From: Clostridiaceae bacterium
GTDB lineage: Bacteria > Bacillota > Clostridia > Christensenellales > CAG-138
Length of the DNA: 64,000 nt
Assembly (NCBI GenBank): GCA_039683415.1
Contig: JBDKRL010000006.1
Location: forward strand, 273,827-337,826
Direction: 5' to 3'
Positions within the stretch are counted from its first letter, which is position 1; each line of letters starts with the position of its first letter. The position numbers and the translations under genes are program-made. The notes below the pieces were generated by a model. It did not search any database, was not told the DNA's origin, and worked only from the letters and a program-made list of their open reading frames with translations. Shown here in pieces: positions 38,805-48,889 of the stretch.

Positions 38805-39215
38805 TTGATTGGAGTCATATTCGGCGAAAAAGGCACGGGCAAAACCAAGCAAATTCTCGAAATGGCAAACAAATCCGTCCAGACTGCCAAGGGAAACATC
38901 ATTTTTATCGACGACGACAACGGTTATATGTACGACCTCTCCACGAAAGCTCGCTTCATCAACGCAACGGAATACGGCATCACGACCCCGAAGATGCTTT
39001 ACGGATTCCTCTGCGGTCTTGCGGCGGGCGATTTTGATTTAGAGACCATCTATATCGACGGACTTTTAAGCATCATTCATCATTCGCTGGAGACTCTGGA
39101 AGGGCTCTTTGCCGAGCTCAAGCAGTTCTCCGACAAGTATTCCGTCAACGTCATCATGAGCATCACCGGAAACAAGCAGACGACCCCCGATTATTTGAAG
39201 GATTACGTTCTGTAA
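38805..39215 (+). CDS. Small P-loop NTPase-like conserved protein
   Basis: Walker A GEKGTGKT and Walker B-like IYIDG; AAGGAGG RBS, TTG start. Confidence 0.8.
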   Translation: MIGVIFGEKGTGKTKQILEMANKSVQTAKGNIIFIDDDNGYMYDLSTKARFINATEYGITTPKMLYGFLCGLAAGDFDLETIYIDGLLSIIHHSLETLEGLFAELKQFSDKYSVNVIMSITGNKQTTPDYLKDYVL

Positions 39216-39258
39216 CAAAACCGGAACATGATAAAAGAATAAAGGATACCATTCAACC

Positions 39259-40731
39259 ATGCGATACCTGAGCACCAGAGGCGGAGAACCGGTGCGCGCG
39301 GCGGAAGCCATTGTGCGCGGCATCAGCCCATCGGGCGGACTGTACGTCCCCGAGGAATACCCCATCATCAAAGCGGAATCCGGTGAGCGCGGCAGCTACC
39401 AAGCCACCGCGCTCAACATCATGCGCGCCTATTTGCCGGAAACGGACGAACAAGCGCTGCTTGGCATGATCAACGCCGCTTATACGAGCTTTGACGCGCC
39501 GGAAGTCACGCCGCTCGTGCCGCTGAGCGGCACCGAGTCGGTGCTGGAACTCTGGCACGGGCCCACCATGGCGTTTAAGGACGTCGCCCTCCAGATGTTG
39601 CCGCACCTGATGCTCGAATCCCTCCGCCTGACGGGAGAGGAAAAGCAGGTCTATATCCTTGTCGCTACCTCGGGCGATACCGGGAAAGCCGCGCTGGAAG
39701 GGTTTAAGGACGTTCCCGGCACGCGCGTACTGGTATTTTACCCACACGGGGGAGTTTCACAAGCGCAGCGCCTCCAGATGGTCACCCAGGAGGGCGGCAA
39801 TATGGACGTCTGCGCCGTGCACGGCAACTTTGACGACGCGCAGACCGCGGTCAAGCAGATTTTTGCTTCGGAAAAAATCGCTTCCGCGCTGGAACAGCGC
39901 GGCTGGCGGCTTTCGAGCGCGAACTCCATCAACTTCGGTCGGCTTCTGCCGCAGATCGTGTATTACTACACCGGCTACCAGACGCTGCTTTCGCGCGGGG
40001 AAATCGCCGCGGGCGAGCGCGTGAACTTCTGCGTGCCGACCGGCAACTTTGGCGATATCCTCGCGGGCGAATACGCGCGCAGAATGGGGCTGCCGATCCA
40101 TAAGCTCATCTGCGCTTCCAACCGCAACAACGTACTGACGGATTTCTTTTCGAGCGGGGTTTACGACGACAAGCGCCCGTTCTACAAGAGCATGAGCTGC
40201 TCGATCGATATCCTCATCTCCTCCAACCTCGAACGCCTGCTCTTTGAGCTCGCAGGGCGCGACGACGCGGTTGTTCGCAGCTGGATGAAGGATTTGAAGG
40301 AAAAAGGCATGTACGCCCTGCCGCAAAGCGCGCTGGACGAGCTGCAGAGAGGGTTTGCTGCATACTGGTGCACCGAGGAAGACACGCTGGAAACGATCCG
40401 GCGCGTGTTCGATACAACCGGGTACCTGATGGATCCCCATACCGCCGTTGCGCAGTGCGTCTATGAACGGTACACCGAGCGGACGGGAGATCAAACGAAA
40501 ACCATCCTGCTCTCGACGGCGAATCCCTATAAATTCGCAACGGACGTGCTGGGCGCGTTCGAACCTGCGGGCAGCGACGATTTTGCCAATGCCGAGCGGC
40601 TGTTTGCCTTGACCAAAGCGCCCGTACCCAAGGGCATCAGCGGCCTGAAGGGGAAAAAGGAACTGCATCTGGACGTCTGCGCGCTGGAGGATATGCCCGC
40701 ACGCGTGCTTTCACCCGTAACCCAAAAGTAA
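39259..40731 (+). CDS. thrC: Threonine synthase
   Basis: YLSTRG, LWHGPTMAFKD, ATSGDTG, NSINFGR, PTGNFGD. Confidence 0.96.
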   Translation: MRYLSTRGGEPVRAAEAIVRGISPSGGLYVPEEYPIIKAESGERGSYQATALNIMRAYLPETDEQALLGMINAAYTSFDAPEVTPLVPLSGTESVLELWHGPTMAFKDVALQMLPHLMLESLRLTGEEKQVYILVATSGDTGKAALEGFKDVPGTRVLVFYPHGGVSQAQRLQMVTQEGGNMDVCAVHGNFDDAQTAVKQIFASEKIASALEQRGWRLSSANSINFGRLLPQIVYYYTGYQTLLSRGEIAAGERVNFCVPTGNFGDILAGEYARRMGLPIHKLICASNRNNVLTDFFSSGVYDDKRPFYKSMSCSIDILISSNLERLLFELAGRDDAVVRSWMKDLKEKGMYALPQSALDELQRGFAAYWCTEEDTLETIRRVFDTTGYLMDPHTAVAQCVYERYTERTGDQTKTILLSTANPYKFATDVLGAFEPAGSDDFANAERLFALTKAPVPKGISGLKGKKELHLDVCALEDMPARVLSPVTQK

Positions 40732-40799
40732 AAAACACCATCGACCTGTTCCGAAGCGCGGCAAACGCCGTCCGGAACCGAAAGAAGCGACAAGATAAC

Positions 40800-42017
40800 A
40801 TGAAACGCCCCGATTCTTCAACCGTCTCCATCATCATCTGCATCGTCATCATCTCGGTGCTTTCGTTTGCGCTGGTCTTTGTTGTCAACGAGCGCAACAG
40901 CGATCAAACAGCGAACGTTGCCGCGCTCAGGGAACTGGCGGGCACGATACAGGATCAGTACTATTTTTACGACGAAAAGGAACTCGACAGCGACAAACTC
41001 GTGGAAGGCGCCATGCACGGCATGATCGATTCGCTGGACGACCCTTACGCACAGTATTACACCGAAGAGGAATACAACAAGCTCCTCAAAGCCAACGCGG
41101 GAAACTACGTCGGCATCGGCGTCAGCGTCCAAACGCCGGACGAAACGGGCAGCAAGGTCATCGAAGTATACGAAGGCGGTCCGGCGGAGCAGGCGGGGAT
41201 TGCGGTTGGCGACATCATCACTAAGGTCAACGGAACCGAGGTGGCAAACCTGACGCTGGACGAACTGCTGGCCTGCTTCAATACCGACGAAACGGCTGCA
41301 AACGAGATCACCTTTCTGCACGACGGCGTGGAATCCACGGTTACGGTGCAGAGCGCGGAGATCCATGTCAACCGCGTGATCTCTACGGTTTATCACGATA
41401 CCATCGGCTACATCCGCATCACCGAGTTCAACGGCAGCGTTGCGGACGATTTCTGGAGCGCCGTCACCGCGCTGCAGGAACAGGGCATCCAGAACCTGAT
41501 TATCGATTTACGGGATAATCCCGGCGGCGGGCTGACCGAGGTGCTCAACGTTGCGGACCACTTTGTTGCGGAAGGGGACGTCATCGTCACGATCAAATCC
41601 AAGGCGGGGAGTGAGGACGTTTACACCAGCAACGGCAGCGACCAGACGGGCATGAAGCTCGTCGTACTCGTCAACGGCAACTCTGCTTCCGCAAGCGAAC
41701 TGCTTACCGGCGCGCTCAAGGATTACGGTCTTGCAACCATCATCGGAACGCAAACGTACGGCAAAGGGATCGTGCAGAGCTATTTCCGCATTGCCGCCAC
41801 CGGCGGCTGGGCAAAGATGACCACGGACGCGTATTATACGCCAAACGGCGTCTGCATCCAGGGCGTCGGCATTACGCCGGATATCGTGGTCGATCTGCCG
41901 GAGGAACTCAAGGATTCCGCAATCGACGAGCTTACCACGGAAGAAGACACACAGCTGCAGGCCGCGTTCTCGGTTTTTGGTTTGCAGACGCAGGCGGCGC
42001 AGGTCGGCAACGGCTGA
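40800..42017 (+). CDS. S41 family carboxyl-terminal processing protease (PDZ)
   Basis: TM, DPYAQY, DLRDNPGG, SASASE, TYGKG. Confidence 0.94.
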   Translation: MKRPDSSTVSIIICIVIISVLSFALVFVVNERNSDQTANVAALRELAGTIQDQYYFYDEKELDSDKLVEGAMHGMIDSLDDPYAQYYTEEEYNKLLKANAGNYVGIGVSVQTPDETGSKVIEVYEGGPAEQAGIAVGDIITKVNGTEVANLTLDELLACFNTDETAANEITFLHDGVESTVTVQSAEIHVNRVISTVYHDTIGYIRITEFNGSVADDFWSAVTALQEQGIQNLIIDLRDNPGGGLTEVLNVADHFVAEGDVIVTIKSKAGSEDVYTSNGSDQTGMKLVVLVNGNSASASELLTGALKDYGLATIIGTQTYGKGIVQSYFRIAATGGWAKMTTDAYYTPNGVCIQGVGITPDIVVDLPEELKDSAIDELTTEEDTQLQAAFSVFGLQTQAAQVGNG

Positions 42018-42044
42018 TAATAATACTGTTTGACAGGAGTTTCG

Positions 42045-43289
42045 ATGTATAGAATTAAAGATATCCAACTGGCTCCCTCCGGCGAGCAAAAGATTGAATG
42101 GGTGCAGCGGAACATGCCGATTCTCAACGGCATCCGCGAATCGTTTGAACGCGACAAGCCGTTTACCGGCCTGAAAATCGCGCTGTCGATCCACCTGGAA
42201 GCGAAAACCGCTTACCTTTGCCGTGTGCTTGCGGCGGGCGGCGCGGAGATGTATATCACCGGCAGCAACCCGCTCTCCACGCAGGACGACATTGCCGCCG
42301 CTCTTGCCGCGGGCGGACTGAATGTGTTTGCGCATTACGCCTGCACGCCTGCGGAATACGACGCCTGCATCGAAAGCGTCGTGCAGGCAAAACCCGATAT
42401 CGTCATCGACGACGGCGGGGATATCGTCCACGCGATTCACGCGCGTCATAAGGAACTCGAGAGCAGCATTCTCGGCGGCTGCGAGGAAACGACCACCGGC
42501 ATCGTTCGTCTGGTTGCCATGGATAAGGCGGGGGAACTGAAATTCCCGATGTTCGCGGTCAACAACGCGGACTGCAAGCACCTCTTCGACAACCGCTACG
42601 GCACGGGTCAGAGCGTGTTCGACGGCATCAACCGCACCACGAACCTCGTGATCGCGGGTAAAACCGTGGTGGTCGCAGGCTACGGCTGGTGCGGCAAGGG
42701 CGTCGCCATGCGCGCAAAAGGCTTGGGCGCGAACGTCATCGTAACGGAAGTCGATCCCATCCGCGCCATCGAAGCCGTCATGGACGGCTTCCTCGTGATG
42801 CCCATGCACGACGCCGCGAAGAAGGGCGATTTGTTCATCACCGTAACAGGGGACATCAAGGTTGTGGACGAAGCGGATTTTTATTCGATGAAGGACGGCG
42901 CTATCCTCTGTAATGCCGGGCATTTCGACGTGGAAGTCAACGTCCGCCGCCTTGCGGAAATCGCCGTGGAACAGCGCGAAATGCGCAAAAACATCATGGG
43001 GTATCGCCTCAATAACGGGAAATGGCTCCATGTGCTCGGCGAAGGGCGATTAGTGAACCTTGCCGCGGGGGACGGACATCCCGTTGAGATTATGGATATG
43101 AGCTTCGGCATTCAGGCGCTCTGCGCAAGGTATATTGCCGATCACCGCGGACAGCTTGCACCCAAGCTCCATGACGTTCCCGCGGAGATCGACCGCGAGG
43201 TTGCCGGGCGGAAGCTCACCGCGCTGGGCGTTTCCATTGACAAATTGAGCGACGAACAGAAGGCATACCTGTCAAGCTGGGACGCCTGA
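42045..43289 (+). CDS. ahcY: Adenosylhomocysteinase
   Basis: SNPLSTQD, EETTTG, KHLFDNRYGT, GYGWCGKG, GRLVNL...GHP. Confidence 0.96.
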   Translation: MYRIKDIQLAPSGEQKIEWVQRNMPILNGIRESFERDKPFTGLKIALSIHLEAKTAYLCRVLAAGGAEMYITGSNPLSTQDDIAAALAAGGLNVFAHYACTPAEYDACIESVVQAKPDIVIDDGGDIVHAIHARHKELESSILGGCEETTTGIVRLVAMDKAGELKFPMFAVNNADCKHLFDNRYGTGQSVFDGINRTTNLVIAGKTVVVAGYGWCGKGVAMRAKGLGANVIVTEVDPIRAIEAVMDGFLVMPMHDAAKKGDLFITVTGDIKVVDEADFYSMKDGAILCNAGHFDVEVNVRRLAEIAVEQREMRKNIMGYRLNNGKWLHVLGEGRLVNLAAGDGHPVEIMDMSFGIQALCARYIADHRGQLAPKLHDVPAEIDREVAGRKLTALGVSIDKLSDEQKAYLSSWDA

Positions 43290-43441
43290 AATTCGTGGTT
43301 TACAAGGCATTTTCAAACTGATACAATAACGTTTGGCACGAATCATTCGGCCTTCTTTCCGCCTTTGACCGTTTACACAAACGGCATTTGATACTTCATC
43401 ATGAAGAAAACAGATCACAAATCAGTACAGGGGGAACCGAC

Positions 43442-45514
43442 ATGAAGGAATACACCGCGAAAGATATCCGCAATATTGGCGTCTTCGGGCACGGCGGCGA
43501 GGGTAAAACCACGCTGACGGAAGCCATGCTGTTTAACGCCGGGCTGATTGACCGTCTTGGAAAGGTGGAAAACGGCACGACGACGACCGACTTCGATCCC
43601 GAAGAGATCTCACGCGGCATTTCCATCAATATGGCGCTTGCTCCGTTCGAATGGAAAGACACCAAGGTCAACATCATCGACGCGCCGGGCTTCTTTGATT
43701 TTTACGGCGAAGTCGCCGCCGCTATGGCGCTTGCCGACAGCGCCTTGATCGTGGTCGGCGCGGTCTCCGGGCCGGTCGTCGGCACGGAAAAAGCCATGGC
43801 CATGTGCAAAAAAGACCACAAGGCGCGCATGATCGTCATCAACCAGATCGACCGCGAAAACGCGAACTTCGATAAGGTCATGAGCGAAATCAGCGCGAAG
43901 TTCGGCCCCAGCGTGGTGCCGATTCAACTGCCCATCATCGAAGGCGGCGTGTTCAAAGGCTACGTGGATATCGTCCATATGACCGCCAAGTTATTTGACG
44001 GCAAAGGCGAAAAGGAAACCGCCATTCCTGCCGCGCTCAACGGCAAGGCGCAGGAATATTACGAAAAGCTCTGCGAAGCCGCTGCCGAAAGCGTTGACGA
44101 GCTGATGGAAAAATACCTCGAAACGCTGGAACTCTCCCGCGAAGAACTGCTGCAGGGTCTCTCCGTTGGCGTACGCGAAGGCATCGTCACCCCGGTCTGC
44201 TGTGTTTCCGCCGCTCAGAACATCGGCGTTATCACGCTGATGGACAACATCATCAACTACCTGCCCTCCGCCGACCTTGCCAAAGCGCCGTCGGCCACCA
44301 ACGTCAAGTCCGGCGCGGAAGTCGTCGTTTCCAAGACTGGAAAGTTCGCGGCTCAGGTCATCAAGACCACGTTCGACCAGTTCGGCAGATACAGCATCGT
44401 CAAAGTCTACCGCGGCTCACTGGACGTTACGGTTGCGCCCTACAACACCAACGCGGAAAAGGGTGAAAAACCCACAGCTCCGGTCATGCTGCGCGGCAAG
44501 AAGAGCGTCGCGGTCGACAAGCTCAACGCTGGCGATATCGGCGCGCTGCCCAAGCTCCAGTATACCGCAACGGGCGACACGCTCTGCGATGCGGGCGATC
44601 CGATCCTGTTTGCGCCCATCGATTTCCCCAAGCCCAGCATTTCGCTTGCAGTCACCGCAAAGAAGCAGGGCGAGGACGATAAAGTAATCGCCGGTCTCAA
44701 CCGCATCAAGGAAGAAGACCCGACCATTTTGATCGAAAAGAACCCGGAAACGGGCGACGTGCTGATTATGGGTCTTGGCGAAATGCATATCGACGTGGTC
44801 TGCGGCAAGCTCCGCAACAAGACCAACGTGGAAGCGCAAATTTCCGACCCGCGCATTCCTTACCGCGAAACCATCCATACGATGGCGGAAGCGGAAGGCA
44901 AGCATAAAAAGCAGTCCGGCGGCAGCGGCCAGTACGGCGTTGTGCAGATGCGCTTTGAACCGGCGGCAGAAGGCGTCGAATACGAATTCGTCAACGCCAT
45001 CGTCGGCGGCGTGGTTCCGAGGGAATTCATCCCCGCCGTGGAAAAAGGCCTCAAGGAAGCGCTGGTGCACGGCGTTCTCGCGGGCTATCCGATGGTCGGC
45101 ATCAAAGCCACGCTCTACGACGGAAAGTACCACCCCGTCGATTCCAAGGAAGTCGCGTTCAAGAGCGCGGCGCGCCTCTCCTATAAGGCCGCATGCGTCA
45201 AGGCGAACCCGACGCTCATCGAGCCAATCTACCGCTACGAAATCTTCGTTCCGAGCGATTACGTGGGCGCCATCAGCGGCGACCTCTCGTCCCGCCGCGG
45301 CCGCATGCTCGGCATGAACCCGGTGGACGGCGGAACGATCGTCATCGCGGAAGCGCCGCTCTCCGAAATGTTCAAGTATGCCACCGACCTTCGCAGCATG
45401 ACGCAGGCGCGCGGTTCGTTTACGAGCGAATTCGTGCGTTATGAGGACGTGCCCGCCAACATCGCCAAGAAGATCATCGAACAGGCGAAGAAGGAAGACG
45501 AAGAGGAAGAATAA
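43442..45514 (+). CDS. Elongation factor G paralogue (EF-G2-like)
   Basis: GHGGEGKTT, RGISI, DAPG, GLGEMH, HKKQSGG, YHPVDS; not in an rpsL-rpsG operon. Confidence 0.92.
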   Translation: MKEYTAKDIRNIGVFGHGGEGKTTLTEAMLFNAGLIDRLGKVENGTTTTDFDPEEISRGISINMALAPFEWKDTKVNIIDAPGFFDFYGEVAAAMALADSALIVVGAVSGPVVGTEKAMAMCKKDHKARMIVINQIDRENANFDKVMSEISAKFGPSVVPIQLPIIEGGVFKGYVDIVHMTAKLFDGKGEKETAIPAALNGKAQEYYEKLCEAAAESVDELMEKYLETLELSREELLQGLSVGVREGIVTPVCCVSAAQNIGVITLMDNIINYLPSADLAKAPSATNVKSGAEVVVSKTGKFAAQVIKTTFDQFGRYSIVKVYRGSLDVTVAPYNTNAEKGEKPTAPVMLRGKKSVAVDKLNAGDIGALPKLQYTATGDTLCDAGDPILFAPIDFPKPSISLAVTAKKQGEDDKVIAGLNRIKEEDPTILIEKNPETGDVLIMGLGEMHIDVVCGKLRNKTNVEAQISDPRIPYRETIHTMAEAEGKHKKQSGGSGQYGVVQMRFEPAAEGVEYEFVNAIVGGVVPREFIPAVEKGLKEALVHGVLAGYPMVGIKATLYDGKYHPVDSKEVAFKSAARLSYKAACVKANPTLIEPIYRYEIFVPSDYVGAISGDLSSRRGRMLGMNPVDGGTIVIAEAPLSEMFKYATDLRSMTQARGSFTSEFVRYEDVPANIAKKIIEQAKKEDEEEE

Positions 45515-45534
45515 GCCTTATCCTTCTGAATCCA

Positions 45535-45590
45535 TACGGGGGGCGTGCTGTTTGGCTGAATAGAAGGCAAACCGCGCCCTCCGTTTTTTT
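45535..45590 (+). terminator. Long imperfect stem with T run
   Basis: ACGGGGGGCG...CGCCCTCCGT-TTTTTT. Confidence 0.65.
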
Positions 45591-45647
45591 CCCCGGCAAG
45601 ACCCATCAGTGGAACCAACGATGCTTACACAGCGCGCGGAGGAAACT

Positions 45648-46157
45648 ATGCAACAGAAAACGTATCAGGCCGACCGTCAGACGACAAGCCTGCTGGACAT
45701 CAAGTTCTGGAGCAATCTAGTCGTGATTGCGCTGCTTGTCGTAATCAACGCGGTGAATTTTCAGCGCGCGGCATCGGGCGGGGATGCGCTGGTGCAGCTT
45801 GCTTCGCCGAAGATCATCGCCATAGCCAGCGCGCTGCTGGTCGTCTGGCTGGCGGTTGGCTGCTTCACCGCAATGAGAACGAAAACGCGGCTCAAGCGTG
45901 TGTTTATCCGCCTGACGGAAACGGGCGTGACGGGCGTTTCCATGCCGGAACCCATGTCCAACAAGAATGGAATCGCATTCGACATTGCGTACGCCGATAT
46001 CACGGAAGTGCGCATTGCGGAGGTCCGTATTACGAGCAAGAACACGGCGTCTTCGCTCCGGATCGTCTGCAGCGGGCACGAATACGATATTCCCGCGCCG
46101 GAACGGCTCCAGGAACTGATGGAAGCGATTTCCGACGAAATCGGAAAGCCGCAATAA
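45648..46157 (+). CDS. Hypothetical membrane protein (2 TM + small beta-rich domain)
   Basis: GGAGG RBS, two hydrophobic segments, downstream terminator. Confidence 0.7.
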   Translation: MQQKTYQADRQTTSLLDIKFWSNLVVIALLVVINAVNFQRAASGGDALVQLASPKIIAIASALLVVWLAVGCFTAMRTKTRLKRVFIRLTETGVTGVSMPEPMSNKNGIAFDIAYADITEVRIAEVRITSKNTASSLRIVCSGHEYDIPAPERLQELMEAISDEIGKPQ

Positions 46158-46179
46158 TTCAAAATAACGAAAGTAAAAT

Positions 46180-46210
46180 AAGACGCGAGCCGAACGGTTC
46201 GCGTCTTTTT
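46180..46210. terminator. Terminator between convergent genes
   Basis: AAGACGCGAGCCG-aa-CGGTTCGCGTCTT-TTT. Confidence 0.8.
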
Positions 46211-46228
46211 GCTTGATGTATTTGCCGA

Positions 46229-48091
46229 CTAGTTATTCTCGGTTTCCGGCTGGGCTGCATCCTCTTTATGGAAGTACCCGTAAACGGATTCCGCTGTTCG
46301 CGAGTCGATCAGCGGCACGGCCTTGAGTTCATCCAGAGTGGCGGACTTGATCGCTTCCATGGTCAAAAACGTATCGAACAAGGCGCGTTTTCGCTTGTCA
46401 CCCACGCCGGGGATGCTGTCCAGAACGGAATAGAGCGCGTTGCGGTTATGCAGGCTGCGATGGTAACTGATAGCAAAGCGGTGCGCTTCGTCCCGCAGGC
46501 GCTCAATCAGGTGCTGCGGGGCGGAATTCCGCGGCAGCGCGATGGGTTCCGGTTCGCCGGGCAGATAGATGGTTTCGCTGAGCTCGGCAAGTCCCACGGT
46601 CGGGATAAAGTCGAGCGAAAACGAATCCAGCACATCCAGCGCAACCTGCAGCTGCGCGGGGCCGCCGTCCATGATCAACAGGTCGGGCAGCGGAAGGAAT
46701 CCCGCTTCGTTTTCCGCGGCTTTCTGGAACCGCCGCGTGAGCGCTTCCCGCATGGCGATCAGGTCGTTGCCGCCCGCTTCTTCGCGGATTCGGAACCGCC
46801 GGTATGCGCTTTTATCCGGCTGGCCGTCGGTAAAGACGACCATGGAGGAGACGGTGTCCCGCCCCTGAATATGCGAGTTATCGAAGCATTCCAGCCTTGA
46901 CGGTACTGTTTCGAGGCCGAGGATGGCGCTGAGCTGGGTCAGCGCGCCTTCGCCGCGCTCCCAGGCGCGTTTTTGAAGCGAAGCGTCTTTTTCCAGCATG
47001 TCCAGGCAGTTGCGGTAAGCCATCTCGGTCAGCCGCCGCTTTTCGCCGCGCTGCGGACGGTGGACGCTGACCTTTCGCCCCGCAAGCCCGGTGAGCCATT
47101 CGGCAACGGACTCCATGTCCGAAGCGTCCTGATAGAGTAGCACCTCCGGCACAAACGTAGCGGATTCCGCGTAGTATTGCGAGAGGAACGCGGAGAGGAC
47201 GTCCGCGTCCGATTCTTCAACGTCCGCGTCCATACGGAATTTTTCGGTGCCGATCACCTTGCCGTTTCGAACGAACAGCGCAAACACCAGCGCCGCGCTC
47301 TCCAGCCTGCCAAGCGCGAAAACGTCCATCATGGAATTGCTTGTGGCAATCACAACCTGCTTTTCACTGAGGCTTTCGATAGCGCGGATGCGGTCGCGGA
47401 GGCTCGCCGCGCGTTCAAAGTCCATGCTTTCGGCTGCGGATTCCATCTGTGCGGAAAGCGTACGGATGATCTCGTCCGTTTTTCCGGAGAGAAACGACAG
47501 CACTTCGTCGAGCAGACGGTGGTATTCCGCGCGGGTGATGTTGCCCGAACACGGCGCGCAGCATTTGCCGATGTGGTACATCAGGCAAGGCCGCTCCCGC
47601 CGCGCGATCATACGTGCAATATCCTTTTTGCATTGGCGGATCGGGTAATGCTCCCGCACCAGCGCAAGCCCGTCCCGCAGGAGCAGGCCGGAGAGGAAGG
47701 GGCCAAGATATTTCGCGCCGTCGTTTTTGACCCGGCGCACGATCTCGAGCCGGGGGAAATCCTGCTTGAGATCGACGCGGACATAGGGGAAGTGCTTGTC
47801 GTCCTTGAGCAAAATGTTGTATCTGGGTTTAAACTGTTTGATCAGGTTCGATTCCAGCGAAAACGCTTCGGTTTCGTTGGCAACGCGGATGTATTCAAAG
47901 TCCTCGATCTGCCGCACCATGGCGGCGACTTTCGGCGGATGGTTCTTGCTGGACTGGAAGTACTGGCGAACGCGGTTCTTGAGCGAAATCGCTTTTCCAA
48001 CGTAAATCACCTCGCCGGAAGCGTTAAACATCTTGTAAACGCCGGGCGAGGAAGGGAGCAGTTTCAATTTTTCTTCGATTGTGTTGTTCAT
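46229..48091 (-). CDS. uvrC: Excinuclease ABC subunit C
   Basis: GIY-YIG PGVY...YVGKA, ECFDNSH, DGG, RDEAHRFA, HhH. Confidence 0.97.
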   Translation of the reverse strand: MNNTIEEKLKLLPSSPGVYKMFNASGEVIYVGKAISLKNRVRQYFQSSKNHPPKVAAMVRQIEDFEYIRVANETEAFSLESNLIKQFKPRYNILLKDDKHFPYVRVDLKQDFPRLEIVRRVKNDGAKYLGPFLSGLLLRDGLALVREHYPIRQCKKDIARMIARRERPCLMYHIGKCCAPCSGNITRAEYHRLLDEVLSFLSGKTDEIIRTLSAQMESAAESMDFERAASLRDRIRAIESLSEKQVVIATSNSMMDVFALGRLESAALVFALFVRNGKVIGTEKFRMDADVEESDADVLSAFLSQYYAESATFVPEVLLYQDASDMESVAEWLTGLAGRKVSVHRPQRGEKRRLTEMAYRNCLDMLEKDASLQKRAWERGEGALTQLSAILGLETVPSRLECFDNSHIQGRDTVSSMVVFTDGQPDKSAYRRFRIREEAGGNDLIAMREALTRRFQKAAENEAGFLPLPDLLIMDGGPAQLQVALDVLDSFSLDFIPTVGLAELSETIYLPGEPEPIALPRNSAPQHLIERLRDEAHRFAISYHRSLHNRNALYSVLDSIPGVGDKRKRALFDTFLTMEAIKSATLDELKAVPLIDSRTAESVYGYFHKEDAAQPETENN

Positions 48092-48184
48092 CTAAATTGA
48101 TTGATTCGTTTCCAGTTTCATTTCTCGTTGAAGTTGATCATTTACACATTCATCATTCGTTCCCAGATTCGTTCATAAAAGTGT

Positions 48185-48751
48185 TCAGCCCTGCTTGATT
48201 TCTCCCGCGTCGATGAGCATGCGGTACAGCAGCGGCAGCGGCAGGCCGATTACATTAAAATAGTTGCCCTCGATGCGTTCAACAAACACGCCGCCCGGCC
48301 CCTGCACGCCGTAAGCGCCCGCTTTGTCGAGCGGTTCGCCGGTGGCGACGTAGGTTTCGATTTCGCGCTGCGTCATGGGGGCGAACGTGACGGTCGTTTC
48401 GCAGTGCCGAACGTCCACGCGGCCGTTTTTCAGTACCGCAAGCCCGGTAAAGACGATGTGCGTTTTGCCCTGCATGCGCGTTAAGTACTGGATCGCAACT
48501 TCCGGCGTATGGGGCTTGCCGAGGATGTCGCCTTCGAGCAGGACGATCGTATCCGCGCCGATGACGCAGTCGGTTGGATGCAGGTCTGCAACGGGCTGCG
48601 CCTTTTGGAGCGCGAGGGTTTTGACGTACTCCGCAGGCGCGAGCCCTGCGGGCTGCACTTCCTCTTCACCGGACGTTTCGATGGTATAGGTAAGGCCGAT
48701 CATGGTCATCAGTTCGCGGCGGCGCGGGGAAGAAGAGGCTAGAATAATCAT
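48185..48751 (-). CDS. maf: Maf family nucleotide pyrophosphatase
   Basis: ILASSSPRR, GADT, DKAGAYG, NVIGLP. Confidence 0.95.
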   Translation of the reverse strand: MIILASSSPRRRELMTMIGLTYTIETSGEEEVQPAGLAPAEYVKTLALQKAQPVADLHPTDCVIGADTIVLLEGDILGKPHTPEVAIQYLTRMQGKTHIVFTGLAVLKNGRVDVRHCETTVTFAPMTQREIETYVATGEPLDKAGAYGVQGPGGVFVERIEGNYFNVIGLPLPLLYRMLIDAGEIKQG

Positions 48752-48795
48752 ATCGTGTAATAGTTCTCCCGTATAAAATCAAATATTAGTTATAG

Positions 48796-48889
48796 TTTAC
48801 AGCGCTTCCGTATCCAACTGTACGGGGCAATGGTCGCTCTGAATATTTTACAGCGCTTCCGTATCCAACTGTACGGGGCAATGGTCGCT
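48796..48889 (-). repeat. Exact 43-bp duplication of the xth 3' end
   Basis: TTTACAGCGCTTCCGTATCCAACTGTACGGGGCAATGGTCGCT at 48796 and 48847. Confidence 0.97.
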
